Notes under the pieces: model-generated
Databases searched by the model: none
The model's input: the letters and a program-made list of their open reading frames with translations, nothing else
What the model was told of the DNA's origin: nothing
Part shown: in pieces, positions 1 to 12,675 of the stretch
Layout of the letters: each line of letters starts with the position of its first letter
Numbering within the stretch: the stretch's first letter is position 1
NCBI RefSeq assembly: GCF_009834535.1
Contig: NC_045696.1
Span: 72,790,001-72,854,000, forward strand
Direction: 5' to 3'
Length of the DNA: 64,000 bases
Origin: Camelus ferus
Taxonomy: Eukaryota
Position numbers and translations under genes: made by a program

Positions 1-960
1 AAGATGTTAGCAATAAGTGCTAAGGAGGAAATAAAATAAGGAAGGAAGGAGAATATGAAAAGTGGGGGCTGAAATACTAGTTAGAGTTTCCAGAGAAGAT
101 CCACTGAGAAGGTCAGTTTTGAGTAAACACCTGTTGGAATGAAGGAACTAGCAATGTGGCTATCTGGGGAAAGAGCATTTTCAGAAGAGCCCATAGGAAG
201 AGCAAAGGTCCTGGGGCAGGATGGTGCCTGAGGCATTCAAAGAATTGCCAGGCCAGTGTGGCAGAGCTAGGTGAGGTCAGAAGCAGTGAAAGCGGGGCAG
301 TTTTCTAGGCCATCAGAATGATGTTTTGGTTTTTACACAGAATGAAATAGGGAACCACTGCAGGATTTTTAGTGGAGGAGTGGTAAGATTTTGAGTGGAG
401 GAGTAACATGATTTAACTTATACCCCAACAATTACACACTCCTTGCTTTGAGAATAGACTTGATGGGCATGGGGAATGGGAGGAAGAGAGATTGGGAGGT
501 TATTTGCAATAAAACCAGGTAAGAGATGATAGCAATTTGTATAAGATTGTGGAAGGGGAGGTGATGAGATGTGGATAAATGTTGGATTTGTTTTGAAGAT
601 GGAGCCAGAGAATTTGCTGACAGAGCAGATATGGGATGGAGAAAAAAGAGAGGAGTTAAGGATGACACTGAAGTTCTGACCTTGAACGAGTAGAATGGGC
701 TGCCCTGAGCTGAGATGGAATCTACAGAAGGAGGCAGTTTGGAGGTGATGATGGGGAGCTCCGTGTATGAATTTGGTGTGAGATGGCCTGTTAATCATCC
801 CAGTGGAGACTTCAATCAGGCTGTTGAACACACAGGTCTGGAACTCAGGAGAGTGGTCAGGACTGAAGAGGTTGGTTTGGGAGCCATCAGTATATGAAAA
901 TTGTGTAAAGCCATTAGACTTGTTGAGAATCTCACAAGAATGAGCTGAGATGGAAAAGAT
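1..960 (-). mobile_element. LINE-2 (L2) fragment, old and diverged
   Basis: Antisense L2 hallmark phrases: 'gagaaggtcagttttgagt', 'tggctatctggggaaagagcatt', 'ggatttgttttgaagatggagccagagaatttgctga', 'tggaactcaggagagtggtcaggactgaag...gggagccatcag'. Confidence 0.85.
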
Positions 961-2814
961 GACGAAGATATACTAACATTAGAGTGAAGTCAGACCCTAA
1001 GCTGTAAAAAAACCAAAATTAAAAAAAAAAAGGTGTTTTTCTTGCATATGTGCTTGTCACTTGGCATGTGGACTGTGTTAGCATGTTTCTCAGAGGTGTC
1101 AGGCTGGCTGTACGCTGTGTGTAGATATTCAGTCTGACTCACCTATGCCCTCTGTGGGGCTAGCACACAGACACAGGAAGCATTGAATAAAGAGTTGAAT
1201 TGACTAGAATAAACATCAGATAGATTTATGATTTAGCTTTACTTTTTTCTACATGCAACTCCTACATTTCAAGTTTTGGCACTCAAATCAATCATTGGTA
1301 AAATATTCTAGTGCAAACACATTTATATAAACCAGATCATTAAAGTATAAAATAATTAAATATTTTCACTAGGTTTTCTAGGCATTTAGCAGATGCTCCA
1401 AACTGACCATTGACTATTTTTTATCAGGGCTTCATCTAGGCTGAACCCTAAATGATTAATGATCAGATTTTCAGAAGCTTTTTAAGTTATTTTTTAAAAA
1501 GCACACATGACTTCAAATACTATAGAAATATTCAGGTATTCACATACAGGTGAATACCAGGAAACTCTAAACCTTAATTGGCACATGAAAAAAATTGCAA
1601 AATATTATAAAAATAAGAGCCTCAAAGCAAGCATTATTTAAGGAGTACTGGTTGGGGTCACAAAAACCAACATCTATTTCGTTGGTTCAGAGCAGTTCTG
1701 TTGTAATGGACAAGATGTAACTGTCCAAGGAGGATGTGTTCTCCTGGATAATCTATAGCCTCAGCTGGTCCAGAAAAGGTAACTTATGATGCATTTGGTA
1801 TGTAAATTGTACTCGTAAGAAGGAATAAGAGAAAAATTATTTTTAAAAAATAATTAAAAGAATAAGAATAGAGAAAACGAAGAAAACAGAATTCCACAGT
1901 GTTAAAATCCTTATAGTCTATTTCAGTGTAACTTTATGGATCAATTCTGTATTCATTGCCATTTCCCTACTTAAGATGTTATATATATGTTAGATTTATG
2001 AAGAGTGTGATTGATTATACTTATAAACAAAAGTTCATAGAAATATGTTAGATTCTTGAATTGTTAGTTGAATTGCTGTTAAGCAGATATAGACAGAAAA
2101 CATAATTCAAGATCTAAAGATTAATAAATGGAATTAGACCAGACAAAAATAGTAGTTAGCATTTCTATCAACAAACCTCCTTTGGCCATTAGACTCTAAG
2201 GCACATATTTACAGGAAGAAGGTTATGTGTGCATTTTTAGCACAAGTGTTCATTCACGATGTCAGAAGATCGGAGCAGATTCCAACTAGATGATTTTCTC
2301 CCTGGAGTTGGGCAGCAGGTTCCAGAAGGCCCCAGGAGGAATCAATATAAACACTGTGACCGTTATTTACTCTAACTGGGACTCCAGCAGCTGGGCTGTT
2401 TGCATGATATGCAAATGGGCACATCATTCAAGGAAGAAAGGATGAATGCTCTGGCACTTGCAGGGCAAACATTAACTGCTATGGGAAAAGGGCCAGCAAA
2501 AGAGAAACCAGACAGAAGTGAGTGGGTGGTGAGGGGCAGGACAAGAAACATCTTCCAAAGAGGCAAAATGCAAGAGGCAGACCCTGCTCGCTGGGAACCT
2601 TTCGGCACTCTCAGCCTCAGTAAACAACAGATGGGTGTGTGCTGCAGCCCGTCTCCAGCAGGAGCAGTGAATTTCCTCTCTACCCAATATTTTGCTCTGG
2701 TTGCATTCATAAAACCCTTTATGTGTGGAAAGTTACCAAGAGGTACAGAGGGAAGATACGAACTGAAAGACCAAAGGCCCAGGGGACTAAGAGGGTGTGA
2801 AGCGATGCGGGGAA

Positions 2815-3010
2815 ACGTGTGGCTGGAATCAGACAGACCTTGGCAGGGGTTTCAGTTCTACAACCTAACAGCTATGGCTGTTGGGCAAGAGTCCCGCTTT
2901 CTCTGTCTCAGTGTCCTTACCTATGAGATGGGCATAATAGTACTATCTCATGGAAGGATCACTGTAAGATTGAACAGATCTTCTTTATATAAAGTGCTTC
3001 CTGCCAACAT
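2815..3010 (+). mobile_element. MIR SINE
   Basis: 'ggaatcagacagacct...gggcaag...ctctgtctcagtgtccttacctatgagatgggcataatagtac' resembles the MIR core. Confidence 0.75.
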
Positions 3011-3439
3011 AACATGAACAAGTTAGTATCAGAGCTGGGACTTGAATTATTCAGGCTTTTTGACCCCTAAGCGCATCAGTTACTACGAAGCCTAAAGATC
3101 TAGAGATTGTGGCAATGCCAAAGAGGTAACTCAATGGCTGTTCTGTATTTCAAGGCAGCTCAATTCAACGAGGAATATTTGTATAGTTCAGAAGCAACTT
3201 TACTTCCAAACAGGTTACAAGACCTGTAAAATCTGTTTTTTTTTTAAAAAAAACTGCAGCTTTACAGGTCCAGCTATAAGCCTGGTAGAAGCTATAAGCC
3301 TGGTAGAAGCTTATAGGCCCCAACGCACTTGCTGCCTTCATCACACCCATGTGTGGAGCGTAAAACAAAGGAGTGTCAGTAGACTGGGCATCTGTGTGCC
3401 CACCAGCACGCCTTCCTTTCCTCCCTGCTCAGGAGCGCA

Positions 3440-6260
3440 CCTTACTGGATTATGCATTTGTAACTCCTTGTTTGTCTTTAAGCTTTTATCTCATATTCTG
3501 TAGCCCTAAATAATATGTAAATTAGTTTTGCTAGTTTTCATACTTTAAATAAGTGGGATTCATACTATATGTATTTTTGGCTTACTGGGTTTTGAAATTT
3601 TTGTTATAGACCATCTATTTCAATTGCTATATAATATTTTCCTATGTGAATATCCCACAATGTGTCATCCCATATCTTCTGCTGTTATATAGTTGAGCTT
3701 TTTTAAAATGTTCCTGTTGTGTTGTGTTGTGTTTCTTCCTTATGCTACTATAAACATTCTTGTACATCTTTCCTATTTGAAGAGTCTCTCTAAGCTGCTT
3801 CCTTAGATATTATGAATGTATGCGATTGAAAAGATCATGTGTTTCCCATTCGATGTGTGTCATGGCCTGTATAGTACATACACTGGGAACACCGTATTTA
3901 CAGTGTTATTTACACTGTATTTTTCATCTATTTGATCTATTAATTATGTAGAACAGTGTGCTGTTTCTCCAACTATGATGGCGCATTTAGTTGTATCTTC
4001 TCGCAGTTTTATCAGTTTTTACTTTATGTATTTTGAGGCTATAGTATTATATATAGACAAATCTAGAAGTATTATATCTTCCTGGTTAATTGAACATTTG
4101 AGCATAATGAAGTTGTCCTCTTTACCTTAAGTCACCCTCTTTACCTTGGCCTGAAACTTCATTTGGCTGGATATGGCTATATTTTGCCTATTTACTTTTG
4201 GTTAATATTTGTAGGGAGTTTCATTTTGAATCCTTTAATTTCCAAGCTGTTCTATATCCCTGTACTTTTTAAGGGTCTCATAAACATCATACAGTTGGGG
4301 TTTTTTAAAAAAAACCTAATCTAATAATCTTTAAGTTGGCATATTTCATTCATATTGCTAATATATTTGAGTTTATTTCTACCATATTATTGGTGCTTTC
4401 TATTTGTCTTTCTTTTTGTTTTATTTTTTTTGTTTCTCCCTTCTTGAATTTTTAGGTTAAACATTTTTCTCTTTCCATTTTCCCCTCTTCTAATTTAGAT
4501 GTATATTTCATTTCTACTCTTTGAGTGATTACCCTAGTAATTTAAACATGCCTTTTTACTTTATCAAAGCCTGCAGTTAATAACTTTTTCCTTATCTTGA
4601 ATTATATGACCATATATTTATACACTTCTCTTAAACCATAACCATGTATACCATAGAACACCAATTCCAATAACAACTTTCCAAATTACATGTTCTTATT
4701 GTCCTATATTTTACTTCTCCTTTTTAACCTCATAAATTCATTGTTATTATTTTATATGGTAAATATTTCCTTAAATTTACTTACTATTTATCACTTTTAA
4801 AAAATCCTTCCTTATTGCACCTAAAACTTCCCACCTGGGATCACTTTCCTCCTCGCTGGGGTATATTCTTTAGATGGCAAATTCATTTGATAGGTATTTG
4901 TCTGAAAATAATTCTTCATCACTGTTTCTGGAGAATATTTGCATAACGTGCATAACTCTAGGTTTTTTCAACACCTAGACAGTATCATTCCACTGTTTTC
5001 TGGCTTCCATCGGTGCTGCTGAGAAGTTGGCTGACAGTCTAATTGTCATGCCTTGAGAGTAACCCTTCTTTTGTCTCTAGCTACCTTTATGACCCTTTTC
5101 TTTGTCTTCATTATTCTGCAGTTTCACTAAGATTGGTCTAGATATCAATTACTTTTTAATTATTATTTTTATGATTCTCTGGGCCTCTCAAATCTAAGAA
5201 ATTTGTTCCTCATAATTTTAGCCATTGATTTTTCGTGTATTGCCTCATCCATGCATTCTCTCTCTTTCTTCTGAAACTCTACCTGCATGTTTCTTAACTT
5301 GTCACTACTGTTATAGCTCTCTGTGCTGCGTCCTACGTCACTTCATTGGATCCTTCTTCCAATGCATTATTTACTTTTCAACTCTGTGTAGTATGCTCTT
5401 AATTCCATCCGTTGTGTTTCTAATTTCAATTTCTATATCTTGCTCTTTTTAAATCTGTTTGGAAATATTTTAATTTCTAGCTCCTAATTATATTCTCTTC
5501 CCTTATTCCTTTAAATATATAAACTTATTTGTTTTACATTTGTGTCAGACATTTCCAATTGAATCTGAACACTTTGCAGGTCTGAGTCTGTTGGTTCTTG
5601 TATATGGTATCTTATTTCCATATGTATTATTTGATTTTTCACTACAAGTTCATGTTTATTGAAAGTTCAGTCTATGGGAATTATTTGTGTCTGAGTTTTA
5701 GGTGAGTTTTGCAAACATTTGCATGTCCTAGATGCACAAGCATGGCCTACGTAATGTCCCTTTATAGCTAATTACTGGCTTAAGGACTTTCCAGCCCACC
5801 CAGATAGTATGTTTTTGGGCAAATGTAGGTGAGGATTCACTAGTAGCTGAAAATACTCAGATTTTTTTTCTCCTCTTTTCATCACCAAGACTTCTAGGGA
5901 ATTCAAGTTTTTATATTTTTACCCTTACTCTGAAGTTATAACCCTTTGAGATTTTAGCTTTATGTCAGAGGTCTCCTAATTAAATTCCCCTCTTTGAGTG
6001 GGTCCTATGTTTTGCCTCCCATCCACAGTGTGAAAATTAAAACTTAAAGTCACTAAAGTTCAGCTAGCTACAGGGTATTCAGCTTGCCCCTCTTGGTTCC
6101 TACTTTCACTTAGTATTTGACCTCTCAGGAATCCTTACCTTCTTACCGTCTCTTGGGCATCTTTAAAAATATTTTAAATATATTTTGTACAGTATTTGTC
6201 CAGTTTAACAGGAGAGTCAGCCAGGACCTCTAGCTGGCAATACTACTAAATGTGGAAGTT
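3440..6260 (-). mobile_element. Old L1 (L1M-type) fragment(s), antisense
   Basis: T-rich antisense L1 signature, e.g. 'tttactttatgtattttgaggctatagtatta...attatatcttcctggttaattgaac' and 'cattccactgttttctggcttccat...gctgagaagttggctgacagtctaatt'; boundaries approximate. Confidence 0.75.
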
Positions 6261-6619
6261 ATAATGAATTTCCTCCAAGTAGGAGATTAAATCTGTCCTT
6301 CAACACTTAAACACCAGTCATCTACTTTTCTTTCTTGATTCTTACTGTCTGAAAATTTTTTAGATCTAAATATATCAAAATATATTAAGGCAGGGGTTGT
6401 CTCTCCCAGTTTGTGTTATAGAAAATCCCGCAGTAGCTTTATAATTCAGTGTCCAAACACTCTGATTTTGCACAAATTCAAACAAGCTTCGAACTGCTGG
6501 AATAAAAGCTTACCAAAGGCTTTATGACCATCGTGGCCTTTAATTTCTTGAATAAACTTAGCCCTCTTTAGAATTAATATCCAGTTGATAAATGTCTGAC
6601 ATTGATGTTCATCTTCTAG

Positions 6620-7360
6620 GTCTACGGTCTCTAGACGAGAGGTGCATACCTCTTAGAATGCAAAAGGGTATCCAGTGAGGTACAAGAATAAATTATTAGG
6701 GCATTTATTAACAAATATTTTTATCTTAAAAATCAAAAGGAATTCATATTAACTAGTATTTAATATAAAAATTGACTCTTGCATCTGTACTTGATCTGGA
6801 TGTCCTAAAGGAAGAGGGAAGACCCCATGGTATGGAGAAATTAACAGTGATACCCTCTCCCTCCTTTGGCACACTGCAACTTACTACAGTGTATACCCAG
6901 TTCAGTGCATTTCCAGGCTCTATTTTCTAGTTTAAGTTAACCGTCTCAAAATGGGCATGTGGCTTTTAAAGTTTTTCTGCAAATAAGCTGTGATTCAAAA
7001 AGAATATTAATTATGTAAGCACATGTAAACAACAAGAGAGTGATAGAGATTATACTTCTCCTACTCCTAGTATAAGCTCTTTGTAGACTACATTACAAAG
7101 AAAAAATTAATGATGCTCTTATCAGATCTGATAAGACATTGTCATTCTCCAGAAAAAGAAATGATCACCAAGAAGGTTTTTTGAAATCTGAATTTACATT
7201 CACTGTTATTAATAAATAATCTTGCCTTAAGCGTATTTTTCCCTGAGGTATTAGTGAATGATGTTTGTATTTGTATGATATGTAAAATTAAGTAAATACA
7301 AATGTATTGGGATGCATACTTAAGAACTGCTTATTATTTGGAATGGTGTGAAACCTACTG
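6620..7360 (+). mobile_element. hAT-Charlie DNA transposon relic with degenerate transposase N-terminus
   Basis: Around 7180-7260 the + strand translates to FLKSEFTFTVINK*SCLKRIF..EVLVND, resembling the Charlie/Buster 'YLKYGFT..I...P.C..C.E.L.N' BED-like motif; 'atgggcatgtggcttttaaag' near 6951 resembles the MDKWLKK-type start. Confidence 0.55.
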
Positions 7361-9330
7361 GTTAGGCAACTCCTCAAAACTCTCCCCCACCCATACACAC
7401 ATATAATTATTTTCTCTCTAATTATTGTATCTTGTTTAGGTGCTGTGCTTTAAGTGGTTCACTGTCCTTTAGAATGATTCATTTGGTCAAAGATTCACTC
7501 CATGTTTACATGTAATGATCACCATTTCCTCCCCACTTTCAATTATTTAACTTGCTCTTCATTATTTTCAAAACTTTTCATTTACCTCATTTTATGAGTA
7601 CTTTATATGATCCCATTGCTCTTTCATTCAGTCGGACATGATGGGGTAAATAATTCTCGTAAAACTTCTCAAAGCTATGTACCAGGACTGTGAATAATAG
7701 ACTAAGATAAAGTGTCCTGCTTTCATAGGGCCATTAATGCCATCAAAGTTGAAATCCCCCCCTCATGAAGCCTGGTGTGCTTCCTGTCTGTGAATGCTTT
7801 TAGATTGGAAATTTTTAAATAAAGTACTTTCTACATATTCTGAGGGTCTATTAAAAATTACGTTTATAGACACAATACACCCACCTTAGCCAGACCTAAT
7901 TGCCGCAGATTATTTTTCAGCTTGTAAGGGGTATGTACTCCCTACCATTCCAATCTCTGAGAAGGGAGCAGAAAAACCAGGACAAAACTAGCCAGAATCA
8001 GAACAAGGAAGACTGTCCATGTCAGCTGCCTCTTTTTCCCTTGTTTCATAAGTATAAATACAATGTAAGTTACTTTTGGATTTCAAGAGAACAAGATTTG
8101 TTTATTTGGGACGTAACAAACTTACCTTATTATCTCCTGAATCTCATCACCATTATTACCTATTCACTGTCTGTCACATTGTGTTGTTTTGTCCTGAAGT
8201 CTCAAAATCTTTTTGTCTATTGATGGATTGCTTGATGATAAATTAAATACACATTCTTCATTGGTACTATTTTACATGCAAAGAAAATATACACAAAAAT
8301 GGATATAAAGAATAAAGAGAGTTAAAATGAACTAGAAGTTGAATGGTCACTACTCGAGCATTTTGCATATCCCTGGGGTGCACAGCCTACTTTAGCAGTT
8401 ACTGGTGGATAAAGCTTTAGAGACTCAGAGAGAATTTTCTGGCTTCTTTTGCCTTTGTCACTTCCTGGGGGTAAATAACCATAATCAACAGACACGAATA
8501 GAATGAATTAAAAGGAGCTTGCAAAGAACATTGGGGAATGGCGGATGGTGGCAGAGCGTATGGTATTAAACCAAAGAATAATCCCCAAATCCCCCAGAAG
8601 AAGTGGACCTTAGAGGACACCCATACTAATCACCCCTCTGCCTCCTCCTTCCTCTCACCTTCTCCTACCAAATGCTTTCAGGTGTTTCCACTACTACAGG
8701 GAATTCTTCTAAGTGTTCATTATCATCAATCCAAAAGTGATTCTTTAAAGGCCTGCTGTCATCTCTAATGTTGTATCTTTCTATAAGGTCACTATGGCTC
8801 AGATCAGACCAGTGGGTTGTGAGTCAAGAAAAGCACAACAGCCCGTAATACATGGTACATCACAGTCAGAAATTGAATGCCCATTTAGTTCCTAAAACTA
8901 CTCCAGCCTTAATGACTATTAAAATTCTGACTATGAGAGACTGCAGTGGCCATAAAGGGTATGTGGGAAGGGAATAATACAAAAGAGACACTCAAAGCAC
9001 ATAAGGATAAAGAATAAATCATTTCTTTTGTAACTGCTGTAGCTGCTGCTCATTGGTATTCACTCTTCATTGTCACCCCATGTGGGCAAATGAGAGGAGG
9101 TGATTTATAATCAGTTGATGAACACAAATTGTGTTTTCATGTTGGTGTTTCCTCCTCCACCTCTTCCTTCTCTTCTTTCACTTCTTTTCTTCTTATTCAT
9201 CTTATGTTTATTTTTTTGAATGGCTGTTTCTCACATTCTGCCAAACATACATAAAACCCCTTACCTGGCTTTCTTTTCAAAAAGACACCATTATAATAGA
9301 TACAAAGCTGAGGTCAAGAATACATGTGTT

Positions 9331-9480
9331 GGGGAGAGGTTGTAGCTCAGTGGTAGAGCGCATGCTTAGCATGCATGAGGTCCTAGGTTCAATCCTCAGC
9401 ACCTCTGTTAAAAATCAACATAAATAAACAAACAAACAAACAAACTTAATTACCACCTCAAAAAAATTTTTTTAGAAAAA
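9331..9480 (+). mobile_element. tRNA-Ala-derived SINE (camelid vic-1 type)
   Basis: Head 'ggggagaggttgtagctcagtggtagagcgcatgcttagcatgcatgaggtcctaggttcaatcctcagcacctc' with Pol III A box (9343-9353) and B box (9386-9395), then an A-rich/(CAAA)n tail; degenerate TSD aagaatacatgtgt / aagtgtacatgagt. Confidence 0.9.
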
Positions 9481-11439
9481 GTGTACATGAGTAGATACTT
9501 ATTAAAATAAAGTTGAAAGATTATTCTAAAAATGTGCTTAACACTTCACTATTCAAATATTTTTAAGAATTTTAAGCCTGTTGCATTTGGGTGACCTGTA
9601 GTATCCCGATACGTGATAATTAGCACAGCTCTCCCCCAAGTTACTTTTGCCACGTCTTATGTCAGTGTGTGGCCATAAGGCTTCTTTGGGTACAAATTGC
9701 TGAACAATTACTGATGAGGGAAAGGTGATACTCATAGGTTTACAGATCTGGGCTGGCTTTGGGACCATTCCGATGGGACCATTTTATCTCATTGTTATAA
9801 AAATGATAAGGAAGTCATTTCAGGTAGTTAGAGACAGGCAAACAAAAGACAGGCAAACAGAGCTATATAACTTCTACTTTCACTTGCTGCCTACTCCATT
9901 ATTTTCAGCATGACGGGGAAAATAACATGACTGGAATGACCAAAAGGTTAGGGAGTGGACAGGTTTCCCTGGTAGAAAGTAGATTGAATACTGTTGGCTA
10001 AACTTTTTTGAAAGTGAAACGTTGTTAACATTTAACAAAATACCAAGTGGACAGGAGGGATGGGAAAGGGCTCAAATTGCATCTGGTCACGGTTTTTTTC
10101 TCCTTCCTAAGTGTGTATCTTTTATTAAGAGTGAAAGACAGAACTGAGATGGAGGAGCGGGGTGGGCAGGGGTCAGCGGAGAGGGAAAGAGACAGAGGGC
10201 ATTGTTTGCTTGAAAACTGAATGTCCATGATGACACTTCTGTGGCTTTAGTTGCACCAAAGGTTATATGAGAAATCGATAAGATTCTAAATTGTATTCAA
10301 TCAATAAATATTTCTTGAGCATTTATTCTGTGTCAGAACTTACTTTACAAAGCTCAAAAATTGTTCCTTTTAGCACATAAGACTTCTTCATCAGAGGACT
10401 GCAGATCTTTAAAATGTTTACGTAAATGGTTTTGGGGTCCCAGTAAACTTCAAAGATCTGACACCAGTTAGAGTTCCTTAGAATAAACAGACTGTTGAGA
10501 TTAAGAAACTTAAAAGAAAGAGAAAAAGTTACACATATACATACAAATACACACAGAAATACCAGAAAGATACTTTGTGATTTGACAAACAGTGATAACA
10601 GCCTCTTCACTATTTGCTGGATATTTATCATATTGATGAAACTACCTCTACCATAACCTATTCTTTAGTTAAAAATCAGATTCATAAGATAACAGGATAA
10701 AAGATTTGAAATTGAAATTGATATTTTGAGTAATCTATCCATAAATTCTAAATTCAAAGACATTTCTGGACCACAAGTATCCAAAGAATCAACATTCAGA
10801 ACAAAGAAGAGTCTTAAGTGGGCAAGTTGGCCAATACCCTGCGCAGGGCTGGAAAACAGGGAAACGTTAAAGAGACAGGAACAGAAATACGACCCCTTCT
10901 CAAAAATGGTAAGTTGTCTCTGCAGCATAATTAGAATGCTGATTCAACAAAAATGCCTCAGGTTTCCTGCTCATAATGAATTTCATTTACATATTCCTAC
11001 TGAAACTATTTTTTTTTTGGACATCTAAGTTGAAGTATTAGTTTATTATACCTAAATTTTTTGCCCAAAATATTGGTAATCACAAAACTATTGAAATCAA
11101 TTCAGAATTTCTCCTCTCTGCTTTCAAGGGGTTTCTGGCTCTCTTCTCTAACCAAATGATTTTCATAGGTTTTAGATAAGCAATTTAACTTTGAGGTATT
11201 TCTGAATAATCACAACAATTCCTTTTTTCATATCATCTGGTACACCTCAGAATTGAGCATGTTCTTTTCATAAAGAAGACTGAAAAGTCTCTTGGATAAA
11301 ATCAGTCAGAAGGGAAACATTTATACAGCTCTTTTTTTTTTTTTGAAAGAATGCTTGTAACAAAGCAAATATGGCACACCTCTGATCTGAACAAGTAACT
11401 GGAAAGAGTATTGGCTTACTCAGTTTAAAAAGCTGGAAG

Positions 11440-11862
11440 GAATAAAGTATCTAGATTCCTGCCTTCCCTAATGAACTGTGTCACTGAACAACCAAATGAT
11501 AACGGAGTTCTCTGTATGGAGGTACTTCAGCTAATAAATGGAGAAGGAATAGGTAATTATACTATCCACTTTGCAATCCCCAATTAAGTTGCAAATCTAA
11601 GTAATGCACAGCAATTTGTGTTAACATTGGGAAAAGAGGCAACTAGATATTACATGCCTCCTGATGAAAGCACAGACCACTCTCTGAAGTATCCTTGCTA
11701 CAAAAATCTAACTGAATTTTTTCAAGCCTCTAGATACAACTACCTACTTAGGGCAAACGCAGAGGACAGAAGACTGGGGGTACAATTAGCAAAATCCTGA
11801 CCATGGGAAAGCATAGGATGAGCAACCTGGTTTTATCCACAAAGAAATGCAAGGGAGGTTAA

Positions 11863-11929
<67 letters not shown>

Positions 11930-12030
11930 TAAAAAGCATAGAGAGGGAATCTATAGATTAAAAGGAACTTAAGAGCTGTATCAACAAATCACAATGTGTG
12001 GACATTATTTTTAATTCCCAATGAAGTATG
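11440..12030 (+). mobile_element. Old L1 (L1MC-like) 3' region
   Basis: 'gagagggaatctatagattaaaaggaacttaagagctgtatcaacaaatcacaatgtgtggac' is typical of L1MC 3' ends. Confidence 0.65.
11863..11922 (+). repeat. (AAT)20 microsatellite
   Basis: Perfect trinucleotide run read directly. Confidence 0.97.
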
Positions 12031-12469
12031 GTGTTTTTTTCAGTTATGACAATTAGATAGCTGAAAATAGGAAAGCGACAATGCTGTGCTAGTGATAAGA
12101 TGTGTAGATTTCATAAGTGCAATTCAAATGATAAGAAGATGGAGATCATTAGGCATGTCAAAGAGAGGGCATCTTTGGCTTCAGTTGGATACTTACAGGC
12201 CTTAAGACACTCAATTGTAAAGAAAATAAACAAAATTAACTATATGTGAAATGATGGAAATGAAACCATTAAAATTCTTGTTGCCTTTATTTTTTAACTC
12301 TCTGAGAAGGGAAACCCTCTGATAACATTTAAATCTGTGGTTTGGATTTTATACATGTAGCTTGCATGCATGTTTTAAAGAATGCACTAAGAGTAAAAAT
12401 GTTGTGTCTCCTATGGACAAGGCTGCTTGAGTTGTGTGTGCAGGCTCCTGCCACAGCCACAATCTTCTG

Positions 12470-12675
12470 GAGTCCTGGAATCCCTTCCTCTGCTTGCCCT
12501 TTTGTGTTAAGGGTATTAAGAACTCCTGAGGTTGCTAATCCCAGCGTTCTTCCCCATCCTTTGTCGGTCTCCCTACGCCCTGTCCACATCTTTGTGAATA
12601 TTCCCTTCATTACATTCCCTTTAATTACCCTGTTTGAGTGAACCATCTGCTTCCTTTTGGGACGCTCACTGATAA
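12470..12675 (+). mobile_element. ERVL LTR 3' fragment (LTR33-like)
   Basis: 'ccacatctttgtgaatattcccttcattacattccctttaattaccctgtttgagtgaaccatctgcttccttttgggacgctcactgata' resembles the LTR33 3' end. Confidence 0.6.

Noticed and set aside
1691..1778. Exon-like segment (ttggttcAG ... AAG|GTAACT)
   Set aside because: Stops in all three frames and a mediocre acceptor; unsupported without transcripts
2400..3017. Longest ORF in the track (205 aa, +)
   Set aside because: Non-ATG start, the 3' third is MIR-derived, no recognisable domain; consistent with a chance ORF
9336..9408. tRNA-Ala(AGC) gene
   Set aside because: T-stem and acceptor stem are mispaired, and the A-rich tail and TSD show it is a SINE
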